Positions 48,960-61,387 are shown, numbered from the stretch's first letter. The stretch: 64,000 bases of DNA from Mustelus asterias (GCF_964213995.1 NC_135809.1:32736001-32800000), one strand, 5' to 3'. Made by a program: numbers and translations. Notes: generated by a model from the sequence alone, not told the origin.

Positions 48960-50790
48960 CCTTTGTCAGCAAAACAGCATCAGTCTTCCAGCAGCTCGAT
49001 ATGGCCTGGGTAGCTAATATCATCAACATAGCTATAAAGCTGCCACTCTGCGTGTCCACTGCAATCTACGCCAGTGAGACATGGAAGAGAACAGCAAAGG
49101 TGTCCTGTAAGCTGGATGTCTGCCTGTGTCAGATCACATGAAGAGAGATGTATCTCCAATGAAGTACTACTACAGGGAACTGGTCAGAGGCATATGTGGT
49201 GCATTGTGACGGAGACTCAACTGAGGCAGGCAGGACAAGTATTTTGCCTCCCAGATGTACGCCCTGCCGGAGTGGCAGTAGAATGGGTACCACAAGAGTG
49301 GGAGTGGAGTTTGTATCAGATGTAGCTACCACTCTATTTAAGATTAGCTAATTCATCGCAGATCAGAAATGAAACCTGGGGCTTTTGGCTTTTATGCTTT
49401 TTATTGTGGCTGGCTGCATAGGCAAAATATCAAGATTAAATTGGTTAGTTACAAGACTCTGTTATGAGGAAAAGGTAGAAAATCTTAGATCCTTCTGTCT
49501 TCGAAGAAGAGAATAAAAGATAATTTTATTGAGTTATTAAAGGTGGAATAGGAAGGATTAAATCACGATTATAGGACAAAAGAGGTCACTTGTACTATGT
49601 GATGAGCCGGATATTAAACTTAATCCCGCTACTCCCATACTGGACAACAGGCAGCAAGAATCTACCACTGACCCTCTCCATCAATGTCTTTTTCTCCAGC
49701 CCAGGTGATGTCCTGCTTTTGAAGATCCTCCTTCAATGTGCTTCGCCAAGTCTTCTTTGGTCAGCCCCGTCTATTTCTTCCATCTAGTGGTGTCTATTCC
49801 ACCGCCACTGAGGGTGTCCGTCTTGGAGGCAAAATATGTGCCATGCCAGACTCAGTCAAGTCTCTATTAAGATGCCCCATAGGTGCTTCTGACCAGTCCT
49901 CTGTCGTACTGCAGTCTCTTCATGCGATACCTAGGATCTTGCACTTACATGACACTTTTGCTGTTCTCTTCCATATCTTGCTGATGTAGGTAGAATTTGG
50001 TAGTGGACATATAGAGTCGCAGTTTCATGATATTGACTGCCCACACCATGTTGAGCCCCTGGAAGACTGATGGTGCTTTGCCAATTCTTGTATGGACATC
50101 GATTTCCAAATCACACTCCCTAGAGATGTTGCTCCCTAGGTAGGGGCAGTGGTTAAGGTCCTCTATGTTCTGTTGCCAGATGGTGATGGGAAGCCTTGTT
50201 GCCATCCAGTCTTCTTTGTCCTCTTGCAACTGGACATGTTGACCAACCTTGGTGCCACTACTTTCAAGACTGGTGATCATGTCTTGGAGCGTGTGCGATT
50301 CTTCAGCCAGCCAGATAATGTCATCTGTTAAATCCAAGTCTGTTGAGCAGCGACATTGCTATGCACTCATCGCCTTCCTCTTGATGAAAGCAATAACCAA
50401 GAGGAAAAGGAACAGGGAGTAGTACTCATGTGATGAAGGAGTTGATGGTGCCTGAACTGGTCTTGATTGAGCAGCAGGAGTCATGTTATAAGGCTTTGAA
50501 ACTATTAATATGCTGCAGCAGAATGCCATCCATTCTTCGATGTACCAAAGTGACTGCTAATGGATGCTTTATCAAAAGTCTTTTTGAAATGATTGAAGTT
50601 GATAACAAACGGTTTCTAATATTATCGGCTCCAGTCTGTGAGGTTCTTGAACGTAAGATCTTGCAGCATGATCTGTCACCTTGGAAAACTGCCTGTTCTT
50701 CTGTTTCTGCTTCCAATCTGTTGAGGAGCACTGTGCTGAAGGCCTTGCCAGGTGCTGACAGCATGTTACGCCCCTCCACTTATTGCAGTC
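48960..50790. mobile_element. Two RTE-type LINE fragments in opposite orientation (+ about 48960-49310; - about 49630-50790)
   Basis: DIIWLAEESHTLQDM, YLGSNI, RIGKA, PGKAFSTVLLNRL. Block acatggaagagaacagcaaag at about 49079 is mirrored at about 49955. Confidence 0.75.
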
Positions 50791-51406
50791 ATTGATGTTC
50801 TCTTTCTTTGGCAGCTTGCTGATTACTTCTTTCCTTCAGTCATCCTCAGTCAGGTAATCGAGGGAAAATCTTTGAAGGCATTCAACAAGCAGTTAGATGC
50901 TGTGATTAGGGATTGTAGGTTTTTATGGAATGATGAGCTCAGTCGGCCCTCTCGGATGCACTTTTTCTTACCCTCCAATGCATAATGAAGGGTAGTTCTA
51001 AAATATCCTCCCCATGACTACTGATGATTCTGATAGAGAATTATTGAGATCTCTTGCTTCATTCCTACTGTGTAGGGAGGGTATCTATTACACTCTTATT
51101 AGGGACTGTTAAGATGAAATCCAAACTTGAGCAACATAACCACGCCACAAGATTTCACATTTTCAAAACAGGAATAAACTTCATACAAAAAGAAATTAAG
51201 CAAGTAGCACTGCTGTAACACTGTAGCTTATAAAGCTTTATGCTATAAATTTAGTTCTATTTGTTGCTTGCTCCACGAACTTCCTTATCTTATGAAATAT
51301 GGAAGATTCACTCACCTTTCTCAGGGCCAACCCAAAGGTATGCCACAGCCCTCCAAAAGTCACTTTGATTTCTCCTCAGTGTTGCAGCTCATCTCTGAGG
51401 TAAGAT

Positions 51407-54265
51407 TCTTTGATTTGATTTATTACTACCACGGGTATTGGTATACAGTGGAAAGTATTGTTTCTTACAGACAAAGCATACCGTAGATACAGAAGGAAAG
51501 AACAAAGAACGAACAAACAAAGAACAGTGCAGCACAGGAACAGGCCCTTTGGCCCTCCAAGCCCGCGCCGCTCCCTGGTCCAAACTAGACCATTCTTTTG
51601 TATCCCTCCATTCCCACTCCGTTCATGTGGCTATCTAGATAAGTCTTAAACGTTCCCAGTGTGTCCGCCTCCACCACCTTGCCCGGCAGCGCATTCCAGG
51701 CCCTCACCACCCTCGGTGTAAAATACGTCCTTCTGATATCCGTGTTAACCCCCCCCGCCCCCCTCACCTTGAACCTATGACCTCTCGTGAACGTCACCAC
51801 TGACCTGGGGAAAAGCTTCCCACCGTTCACCCTATCTATGCCTTTCATAATTTTATACACCTCTATTAGGTCACCCCTCATCCTCCGTCTTTCCAGAGAA
51901 CAACCCCAGTTTACCCAATCTCTCCTCATAACTAAGCCCTTCCATACCAGGCAACATCCTGGTAAACCTCCTCTGCACTCTCTCCAAAGCCTCCACGTCC
52001 TTCTGGTAGTGTGGCGACCAGAACTGGGCGCAGTATTCCAAATGCGACCGAACCAACGCTCTATACAACTGCAACATCAGACCCCAACTTTTATACTCTA
52101 TGCCCCGTCCTATAAAGGCAAGCATGCCATATGCCTTATTCACTACCTTCTCCACCTGTGACGTCACCTTCAAGGATCTGTGGACTTGCACACCCAGAGA
52201 GAGAGGAGAGAGTGCAGAGTAAAGTGTTACAGTCATAACTAGGGTGTAGAGAAAGATCAGCTTGGTGCGAGGTAAGTCCATTCAAAAGTCTGATGGCAGC
52301 AGGGAAGGAGCTGTTCTTGAGTCGGTTGGTACACGACCTCAGACTTTTGTATCTTTTTTCCTGACAGAAGAAGGTGGAGGAGAGTATGTCCGGTGTGCAG
52401 GGGTCATTGATTATGCTGGTTGCTTTTCCGAGACAGCGGGATGTGTAGACAGTGTCAATGGATGGGAGGCTGGTTTGTGTGATGGACTGGGCTTCATTCA
52501 CGACCCGTTTTAGTTTATGACGTTCTTGGGCAGAGCAGGAGCCATACCAAGCTGTGATACAACCAGAAAGAAAGAATGCTTTCTATGGTGCACCTGTAAA
52601 AGTTGGTGAGAGTTGTAGCGGACATGCCAAATTTCCTTAGTCTCCTGAGAATGTAGAGGTGTTGGTGGGCTTTCTTAACTATAGCATCGACATGGAAGAA
52701 CCAGGACAGGTTATTGGTGATTTGGACACCTAAAAACTTGAAGCTCTCGGCCATTTCTACTTCATCCTCATTGATGTAGATAGGGGCATGTCCTCCACTA
52801 CAGTTCCTGAAGTCGATGACTATTTCCTTCATTTAGTTGACATTCACGGAGAGATTATTGTTGCCACACCAATTCACCAAATTCCCTATCTCATTCCTGT
52901 ACTCTGCCTCATCATTGTTTGAGATCCGACCCACGATGGTGGTGTCATCAGCAAACTTGAAAATCGAGTTGGAGGGGAATTTGGCCACATAGTCAGAGGT
53001 GTATAAGTATAGTAAAAAGCTGAGGATGCAGCCTTGTGGGGCACCAGTGTTGAGGATGATCATGGAGGCGGTGTTGTTGCTTATCCTTACTGATTGTGGT
53101 CTGTGGGTTAGGAAGTTCAGGATCCAGTCACAGAGAGAGGAGCTGAATCCCAGGCCACGGAGTTTGGAGATGAGTTTTGTAGGAATAATGGTGTTGAAGG
53201 CTGAGCTGTAGTCAATAAATAGGAGTCTGACATAGGTGTCTTTGTTATCTAGGTGTTCCAGGGTTGAGTGTAGGGCCAGGGAAATGGCGTCTGCTGTGGA
53301 CCTGTTGCGGCGGTCGGCTAAATGTAGTGGATCAAGGCATCTGGGAGACCGGAATTGATTCATGCCGTGACTAACATAATGATGGATGTCAGGGCCACCG
53401 GATGATAGTCATTAAGGCACGCTGCCTGGCTTTTCTTTGGTACTGAGATAATGGTGGTCGTCTTGAAGTAGATAGGGACCTCAAATTGGTGTAAAGAGAG
53501 GTTGAAGGTATCTGTGACAGCTGGTCCGTGCAGGATTGAGTGCTCGTCCAGGTACTCCATCCGGGCCAGTCACTGTCCGTGGATTGACTTTTGAGAAGGG
53601 TGCTCTGACGTCGGCAATGGCGACCTCGGGTACAGGTTCGCCCGAGGCTTCCGGGGTGGAGGGTGTGCTCTCACTGACCTCTTGCTCAAAACGGACATTG
53701 AATGTGTTGAGCTCATCGGGGAGGGGTGCATTGGTGCCAACGATTTTTACATGCCTTCATTTTGTAGCCTGTCATATCTTGCAGACTTTGCCATAGTCTG
53801 CGAGAATCCGTGTGGCTAGCCTGAGACTCTAGCTTGGTCTGGTTCTGTCTTTTGGCATCTTTGATGGATCTCTGTAGATCATATCTCACTTTCTTGTATA
53901 GGTCAGGGTCATCTGACTTGAACGCCTCAGACCTGGACTTCAGCAAGCAGTGGATCTCCCTGTTCATTCATGATTTCTGGTTGGGAAGCACACGGATTTG
54001 CTGCTTTGGCACGCAGTCTTAATTAAGTCAGTTACTGTAGTGGCGTACTTGTTCAGGCTGGTCACAGGGTTTTTAAATACTAACCAGTCTACTGACTTTA
54101 AGCAGTCCCATAGGAGATCATCCGATTCCTCAGACCAACATTGCAAGACTTTCTTTAATGGATTCTCCAGTTTCAGTTTTTGCTTGTAAGCCGGGAGCAG
54201 GAGCTCAGCCTTGTGGTCTGATTTGCCAAAGTGTGGGTGGTCATTAGAGCGGTAGGCATGTTTAA
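51407..54265 (-). mobile_element. Rex1/Babar-type LINE, about 2 kb of ORF2, interrupted by a young CR1 fragment (about 51495-52197, -)
   Basis: [55 protein letters not shown]; frameshifted. The CR1 insert ends in an (agaacaa)n tail. Confidence 0.92.
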
Positions 54266-54790
54266 TTTTGTGTAGCAGTGGTCTAGGATGTTTGGGCCTC
54301 TGGTGGAACAGGAGATGTGTTGGTGATTCTACAGGGGCCCTTCCATTAGCTTTTTGGCTACCTGACCGTCCACCAATTCTTTACAGGCCTCACAACTGTC
54401 GCTCAGTTCCTTGTTTGGGTTGCCAGCAGATACGTAGCCGTTTTCCCACAGGTTTCCAAACTGACTGCTTTCTAGCACAAGGCTCTGAGGACTACTGTCA
54501 ATTTCTTCTACCAGCTGCAAGCAAGAGCAAATCTTCCAACTGCTTTTCCCCCAAAAGTCCAAACTGGGAGCCCCGACCCCATTCCTCGTGGTGACCAGTG
54601 AAGTTAGTATTTTCTCTGTTTGAGTCCAGGTCTAACTGACTAACATTAATTTCGATGGCTCTCTCCACTCGGGGGTTGCAGTCAACATAAGACTGAATCT
54701 GCAACTGCCTCTGTCTTGCTTCCGTTAGCAAACGTACACCGATAAATGAAACAAAAGAACTATCTAACCAAGGTCCCACCCTGAATCATT

Positions 54791-55819
54791 GGGAGTGATT
54801 CTCCCAAAAGTGCTGAATTGGTGAGAAAACTGCTCTAGATCACGAGTTGTTTTTTCAGTGCAACTTCAGACTTGAATCTCCGCACTCTGTGCACTGCAGA
54901 GGTCACAATCGTGAATCTCATTGAAAATTCACACCGGAGTCTGACAGTTCTGGAACTCTACGCATGCGCAGTGGCCCCGATCTGTCAGTCTCCCTGCTTG
55001 CTGGCCAGCCCGATCACTGGCCAGCCCGATCACTAGCCAGCCCAGGACCCCCACAGTGCTGCCTCTCCAGCCCTCCTCACCCCACGGCCCGATCGCAGTC
55101 CCTACAACAATTCCTGGGTCAGTCCCGACCCCCCAGTCTCGGAGCACTCCGATGTCCAGCCCACCCCCACCCCACCCCCCATCACAGCAGACCAACCCCT
55201 TCCCCCCCCAACGGGAGGCAGACCACCCACCCCCCAGCCCAGACCAATCCTGTCTGCAGAGTGGCAGCGGGACTCCCTCACCCCCACCAATCGCTCCCTA
55301 GACCCTGCCCACAATAGGCCCCACCCCCTTGGCCGATGTCCAATGACCAGTGCCAAGATGTCCCCTCAGCGTGGGCACTTTGCCCCTTGGGCAGTGCCAG
55401 GGGGTGCAGGCTGGCACTGCCAGGGTGCCCATGCCCAGGGGGCACCCCCCCCCCACTGTCTGACCCCCTGGCGGGCCTGATTGCACCCCCCTTCACTCCA
55501 GCGGTGTCTCCTGCTAGTTCCCCGAACGTGGGGAGCTACTGTAAACCCCGCCGGAATGAAGTACTCCTGGCAGGGCGGGAGAATGCCGGGCCCGATAATG
55601 ACATTTAAACTACATTTAAAATATATTTAAAACAGATTAAAATCACTTGCCTCTCTTCCCGCCGGTTTCCAGCGCAGTCCCGACTGCGCCTGTTCCCTGG
55701 CTCTGGGAGACGCGCATGCGTCGGGAACGCATGCGCGAATCCCGCAAAATGGCCGACACGCGTTTCTCCTGACCTGACCCGCCAGAAAATTTGCAGGTCG
55801 CGATGGGAGAATTGCCCCC
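54791..55819. mobile_element. GC-rich non-autonomous DNA transposon (PIF/Harbinger-like MITE)
   Basis: TIRs GGGAGTGATTCTCCC / rc GGGGGCAATTCTCCC (12/15), 3-bp direct repeat ATT on both flanks, no coding capacity. Confidence 0.7.
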
Positions 55820-56758
55820 ATTACCTCTGTTGCAGTGTGGCATGCTTTGGGGTGGTTCAAACAGGAATGTAAACAAATTATTTTACATACAACACAATGC
55901 TTTCATTCTGTAACCCACTGGAATAATATTTCTAATGGATATAATTGCCCTCTCCCCAGACCCCTTGGCTCCATTATAAGCTTAGTGAAGGATTATTCAT
56001 TCTTCAAGCTTTTTCACCATCAACTCTGACCTTGCAAGACAAACACAGGCTACCTTTTAACAGCAATTAACTCCAACCTTGTTTGAATTGCATTTACTTC
56101 AGGGTTGTGTATCAGTTTGTCAATATGATGTGGAGCTGCTTGTCATTAAGCTGTTCATTAAAATATAATTTGCAGCAAAGCAAGTATCAGAACATGCACT
56201 ATGATCTCTTTCATTTCTCCCTCCACTCCACAACTTTTGCCTCAAGTCTTGATGCGAATTTAGGCACAGCTGCCGGTTTTTAACCGCGTCACAATTTAAT
56301 GGAATATAATTCTCATTTAAAGCTTGCCAGTGTTTTTTGATTCCTCCTGTTGCAAGTGTACCTTTTTGAAACGTCCTGTCAATAGCTGTTTATAACTGAC
56401 TGGTTGAGAGGATGCACAAAACAATGTCCTTTGCCTTGTCATTTTCGTTTCTTCCTTCAGTGGATCACTTTCAGCACATCTTGTCGGTCAGATTGACAAT
56501 TCACCAAGTGGAAGTGTCACAATCCAAAGTAGTTGTTTACTGATGCCAGTTATGCCAGCGGACTTTATTCTGGGCCTTTCCACCCTAATTTGGTCATCAG
56601 AATCTAATGCCATTAGATTAATTACTGAACTGTGAAACTGTTGGAAGATGAGTTTGGTAGGTTCGCATTGATGTCTTGATTAAAATAATGAATGACCTGT
56701 TACCCGGGATAGGTGTGCAAATTCATTCTATTTTTTTTTCCCCTCTATGTTTCTTTAG

Positions 56759-56860
56759 AACACTTCAAAAGATTCGCAGAAAAGTGCAAGAGGAACATTC
56801 TCTTCAAGATCTTTTATTCAAAAGTGCTTTTAAAGGCTCCCCTACTGTATTGCCACCCAG
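56759..56860 (+). CDS. ERGIC2: ERGIC2 coding exon 6
   Basis: TLQKIRRKVQEEHSLQDLLFKSAFKGSPTVLPPR; 102 nt; strong polypyrimidine tract. Confidence 0.96.
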
Positions 56861-57300
56861 GTATCTAATCTGACAAAATCAGAAATACACCCTAGCGGAT
56901 CTGTCCACACTTCTATACTATACTGGTGGCTGATTTTTAGAATCAGGTGTTAATTGGATCTCAAGTCAGATGGGAAGTATGAAGCTAGTTATGAATCCTT
57001 TTTTTGATAGTTGATTTATTTATAGCGGCATTACATTTTTCTGGCCCTTACCTGCTAAGAGTGTCCTGCAACACTTTTATACTCCCAAGTAAAACAAGCC
57101 ATCAAACTGGCAACCTCTTAAAGGGGTATAAGTCTTTTATACTCATGATTAAATTAAAAGCAGCTGCACATGTCTGTTGTACTCTTTTCAGTATACCAAT
57201 AAAATAAATTAATCAACAGATTAATTAATTAACAAGCTAACAACCCCTTAAAGGGGCATATGTGCATTTTCTATCCTTTTATAAAACAAATAATAGTCCA

Positions 57301-57530
57301 AAGGTGTGCCGGGTAGGTGGATTGGTCATGCTAAATTACCCCTTAGTGTCCCAAGATGCATAGGTTAGAGGGATTAGCAAGGTAAATATGTGGGGTTACG
57401 GGGATAGAGCCTGGGTAAGAGAGTCGATAAGAAGTCTCACAACACCAGGTTAAAGTCTCCACATTAAGAGAGTCGGTACAGACTTGATGGACCAAATGAC
57501 CATCTTCTGCACTATAAGAATTCGATGATT
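57301..57530 (+). mobile_element. HE1 3' half carrying a 38-nt Penelope-like insertion (57427-57464)
   Basis: Target duplication taagagagtcg at 57416-57426 and 57465-57475. Confidence 0.8.
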
Positions 57531-57956
57531 AAATAAACAAATATAAATTATTTAACAAATTAGTAGCAAAAACAACTCTTCCAAAGGAAATTCAATAGAA
57601 ATGTAATTTGTGGAGTTGCTTATAATGTACTCCAGCCCCTGTGGTTCCCACCAGTTGCAGTAGGCCTCTAGCATAGCAGCTGACACCGCATGCTTCCTCT
57701 CCAGGGAACAAGTCTTTTCTACTCTTTAAAAAACATAATAAAATAAATAAACTGATTAATTGACATTCCCTTGAAGGGACACTGTAATAAAAAGACAAAA
57801 CTTTGAAAGAAACTTAAATTATATTAAAATGTGATTTCAGAGGCTGATGATGTTCTCTAGCCCCTGCAGTGGCTGCTGGTTGCGCACCGGCAGACACTAC
57901 ATGCTCCCTCTCCAAGGAATAAGTCTATTATACAATTTCCTTTGGAACAAACACAC

Positions 57957-58028
57957 TGGCCAGTGCAGGAAATCGATCCTGCGACCTTGGCATTATTAGC
58001 ATCCCACTCCTAACTGAGCCAAATAGCC
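57957..58028 (-). pseudogene. tRNA-Ile(AAT)-derived pseudogene or SINE head
   Basis: Minus strand GGCTATTTGGCTCAGTTAGGAGTGGGATGCTAATAATGCCAAGGTCGCAGGATCGATTTCCTGCACTGGCCA resembles vertebrate tRNA-Ile-AAT. D arm shortened, T loop mutated (GATCG for GTTCG), acceptor stem mismatched. Confidence 0.7.
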
Positions 58029-59063
58029 ACAACAAGTTCTTTATGTTCCTTTAACTAAACAATAGACCAATAAAAGAAGCAAGTAACAGGGCTGTCATCC
58101 CAGTTAACAAGTCTTTTGTATGGTGCTTACGGTATGTGATCAATATTACCTACTAAAAGTTTGGTTTATTTATTAAAGTAGGCTTACATTAACTGCAATG
58201 AAGTAACTAAGCCATCTTTGCCGTACTTAGTTCATAATGAGAAAAGATATGGGAATACTGAATGATCAGGAATGTTATGGGATCTGCAGCTACCAGAAAC
58301 CAATAGCTCAAGTATGTCTCATTGAAAACAGATTGGTCATCCTATCTCCATTGCACATGGATGGTGAAGATTAGTGGTTGTAGGGCTGTTCAGACATCCA
58401 GAGCTGATGCACAACTGATTTATGGAAGCAAGTGCTAATCTGGTTTATAGTTTGATATTTTAAGTAAATGTACGTGGCACAAGTTCTATTGTTAAAAATA
58501 AACAATTGAGTTGCTTTATGGTCCTTTAACAAATTGCTGTCCGAGATTGTGCCACTTGACCAAATATTTGTTAGCACCTCTGAATGAAACTTTATTAAAT
58601 TATTCCTGATAATAAAAAAGTGACTTGGAAAGTTTTTTTCCCCCCTAAGCTTCTAAATAAACCTCTCTCAGGTAGATTAAAAATTATGTGGGTACATCTC
58701 AAAACCACTCTGAAGCTTCTAACGTGTATTCTATTTGTAGTGGATTATGTTTGACAATTTAGCCAGCAATCTAATTGATTATTATAGCTGACTAGTAGAT
58801 CAAAATTAATCTTGGACAAAGGATCTCTAAATAGAAGAATTAATTGTAATTGAGATTTCACCATTGATTTTTAACCTGACCGCAGGTTGTCATATCCTGG
58901 CACAATATTGAAACACTTCCAGTTCCAAGAAGCAACTACTCTCTGAGATTGCTGATTAGTGTAACATCATAATTAGATTTTCTACTCTGGGTTTACACCC
59001 AACAAAGTGTGCTGTGATTGCTACATTTAGTGACCACAATGAAAATGACTTATTTTCTTTCAG

Positions 59064-59159
59064 GGAAGACAGAATATCCCATCCACATGATGCCTGCAGG
59101 ATACATGGACACTTGTATGTCAACAAAGTAGCAGGAAATTTTCACATAACTGTGGGCAA
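59064..59159 (+). CDS. ERGIC2: ERGIC2 coding exon 7
   Basis: EDRISHPHDACRIHGHLYVNKVAGNFHITVGK (conserved Erv41/Erv46 lumenal motif); 96 nt. Confidence 0.97.
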
Positions 59160-59718
59160 GTATGTGCATTTATCCTATTGTTAACATCTTTAATGAAACA
59201 AATGGTCTAGTTTTGACTGGTGTCAGCCATAGCCAGCTGTTAACACACTTGCATAAGAACATAAAGAAATAGACTATACAGCCCCTCAAATATGCTCTGC
59301 CATTCAGTACAATTGTAATCGATCTTCAGCCCCCAACTCCACTTTTACCGCCCATTCCCCATATCCTTTGATTCACTCGGAGACCAAAAATCTGTTGTAT
59401 TTCAGCCTTAAACAAACTTAAGAATAGGATTGTCCGCAGCCCTCTGGGTTGTCTCCTCGGCATCCCACGCCCCTTGCAGTCCCGTATCTTGCTTGCCCTG
59501 ACTATCTAGGTAAACTTCATAGAATGCATGAAATGAACAGAGAACCCTTTTTCAGATTGCCTTAGCTACTAGTTCTGTCAATAATTGTCATAATACTTTG
59601 GGTTTTCACATCGTACAATGGTAAAGGAACTGGATTTTGAGGAACTGTACATTATAGCTAGGTTGTGTCTCAAAAGGACTTTCATAATTTGTAATAGAAA
59701 TTTTCTCTATACTATCAG

Positions 59719-59774
59719 GGCAATTCCTCACCCTCGAGGTCACGCACATATGGCAGCTCTCATTAGTCATGATG
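59719..59774 (+). CDS. ERGIC2: ERGIC2 coding exon 8
   Basis: AIPHPRGHAHMAALISHD; 56 nt; donor G|GTAAGT. Confidence 0.96.
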
Positions 59775-59917
59775 GTAAGTGCTTACAGATTCTTATTAAT
59801 ATGTTGCAGATGGATTGATGTAGTAATTCAATGAAATTTGGCTAAATACGCAATGCTTAACGAGGACATTATACTATTAGGCTGCAAGGTAGTGGGGTTT
59901 TTGTTGCTCTTTTCAGC

Positions 59918-60310
59918 TTTCGCTCACTCCTGAGTCGGAATATTGTAGGTTCAAATACCCCTCCAGAGAGTTGAACATAAAATCTGATCTGACACTCCAG
60001 TGCAATACTGAGGGGACGCTACTCTGTTGGAACCGCTGTCACCGCTCCTCTGCCGCCTTGGATGGACATAAAAGATCCCGTGGCACTACTTGAAGAGAGC
60101 AGGAGAGGTCTGGCCAGTATTTATTGCTATACTAATATCCCTAAAAACCAATTGTCTGATCATTATCACTCTGCTGTTTGTGGGAACTATCTGTGCACAT
60201 ATTAGCTGCTGCGTTTCCCACAACAGTGTGGCTGCACGTCAGAGAGTTGTTCATTGGCTGAAAAGTGCTTTGGGGCAACATGAGATCATGAAAGGTGCAT
60301 AAACATGAGA
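59918..60310 (+). mobile_element. SacSINE1/DeuSINE-like SINE, near full length
   Basis: ctgagtcggaa..ggttcaaat..ctccagagag..tgacactccagtgcaatactgaggg..aaaagatcccgtggcactac..ctgtttgtggga..ttcattggctg..gctttggg..tgaaagg. Confidence 0.75.
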
Positions 60311-61076
60311 TCGGAAAATCGAGTCTGACTTTCCCCTCAAAGACAGAATCAATCTGGGTGCAATTGCACTGCTGGCTGTCCATCGTATCTAACGGAAGTG
60401 GTTCTTCATATATGGGGAAGCGTCATAGCTAAACCAGTGGAAATCTACACATGTACTTTCTAACAGCAGTCATTTGATCGACATCTCGTCGGGAACTTTG
60501 ACTGATTTCGCACTCCCCTTTCCCCAGGCCAAAGGCATTATGGTCAATTATCCACCCCTACCACTGAGACCAGTTAACTCAAGCCTGAGTCTTTGCTGAT
60601 CGATATAGTGATCACCATTTGTCTGCCTTTGTGGCAAACATTTGAATGAAAATAAGCGCAAGAGCTATTCATGCTATATATTGAAGGCTGCTTTTACTGT
60701 ACTGCAGTGTTATAATTTTGCCGACCCTAATTATTTAAGGGGAATTCTTTCTTTAGCTCTTCCTTCTTTTACTTTTACAAAATACGAAATCTAAAGCTAT
60801 ATGTTCTGTAGGATGTAATTGCAGGTTAAAGAAAATAGGGAAACTTCAACTGTAGTAATGCTTTTAACCACATGGAGGTACTCTTTAGCTTAAATACTGC
60901 TTGTACTTTATGAATGTTCTGCTACTTTAGGGTTTAAAATTGCAATTCAACTTGCTACATGTCAAAATTAACCTTTCACATGTCCAATTTTGGCCAGCTT
61001 AAAAAAAAAAGCGTTTGTGCACTGATATATTGGGGAAAGGTAGCAGTGAGAAAAATATATCAAATGCTCTATTTCG

Positions 61077-61387
61077 TAGAATCCCTACAGTGCAGAAAGA
61101 GGCCATTCAGCCCATCGAGCCTGCACCAGTAACAATCCCAACCAGATCCTATCCACATCGCCCCATGTATTTACCCTGCTAGTCCATCTGACACTAAGGC
61201 CATGCTTAATTGTCGCTATCAACCTAACCTGCACATCTTTGGACCGTGGGAGGAAACCGGAGCATCCGGAGGAAACCCACACAGACACGGAGAACGTGCA
61301 AGCTCCACATAGACAGTCACCCAAGGCCAGAATTGAACCTGGGTCCCTGGCACTGAGAGGCAGCAGTGCTAACCACTGTGCTGCCCC
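61077..61387 (-). mobile_element. HE1/V-SINE (tail A)
   Basis: Same motifs as the 17438 copy. Confidence 0.9.

Noticed and set aside
52515-53967. Reverse-transcriptase ORFs as an active or domesticated gene
   Set aside because: Frameshifted, 5'-truncated Rex1-type LINE interrupted by a CR1 insertion.
56861-56868. Donor GTATCTAA as a U12-type intron
   Set aside because: Does not match GTATCCTT, and the downstream acceptor has an ordinary polypyrimidine tract.
57957-58028. Functional tRNA-Ile gene
   Set aside because: B-box/T-loop mutation, shortened D arm and mismatched acceptor stem.
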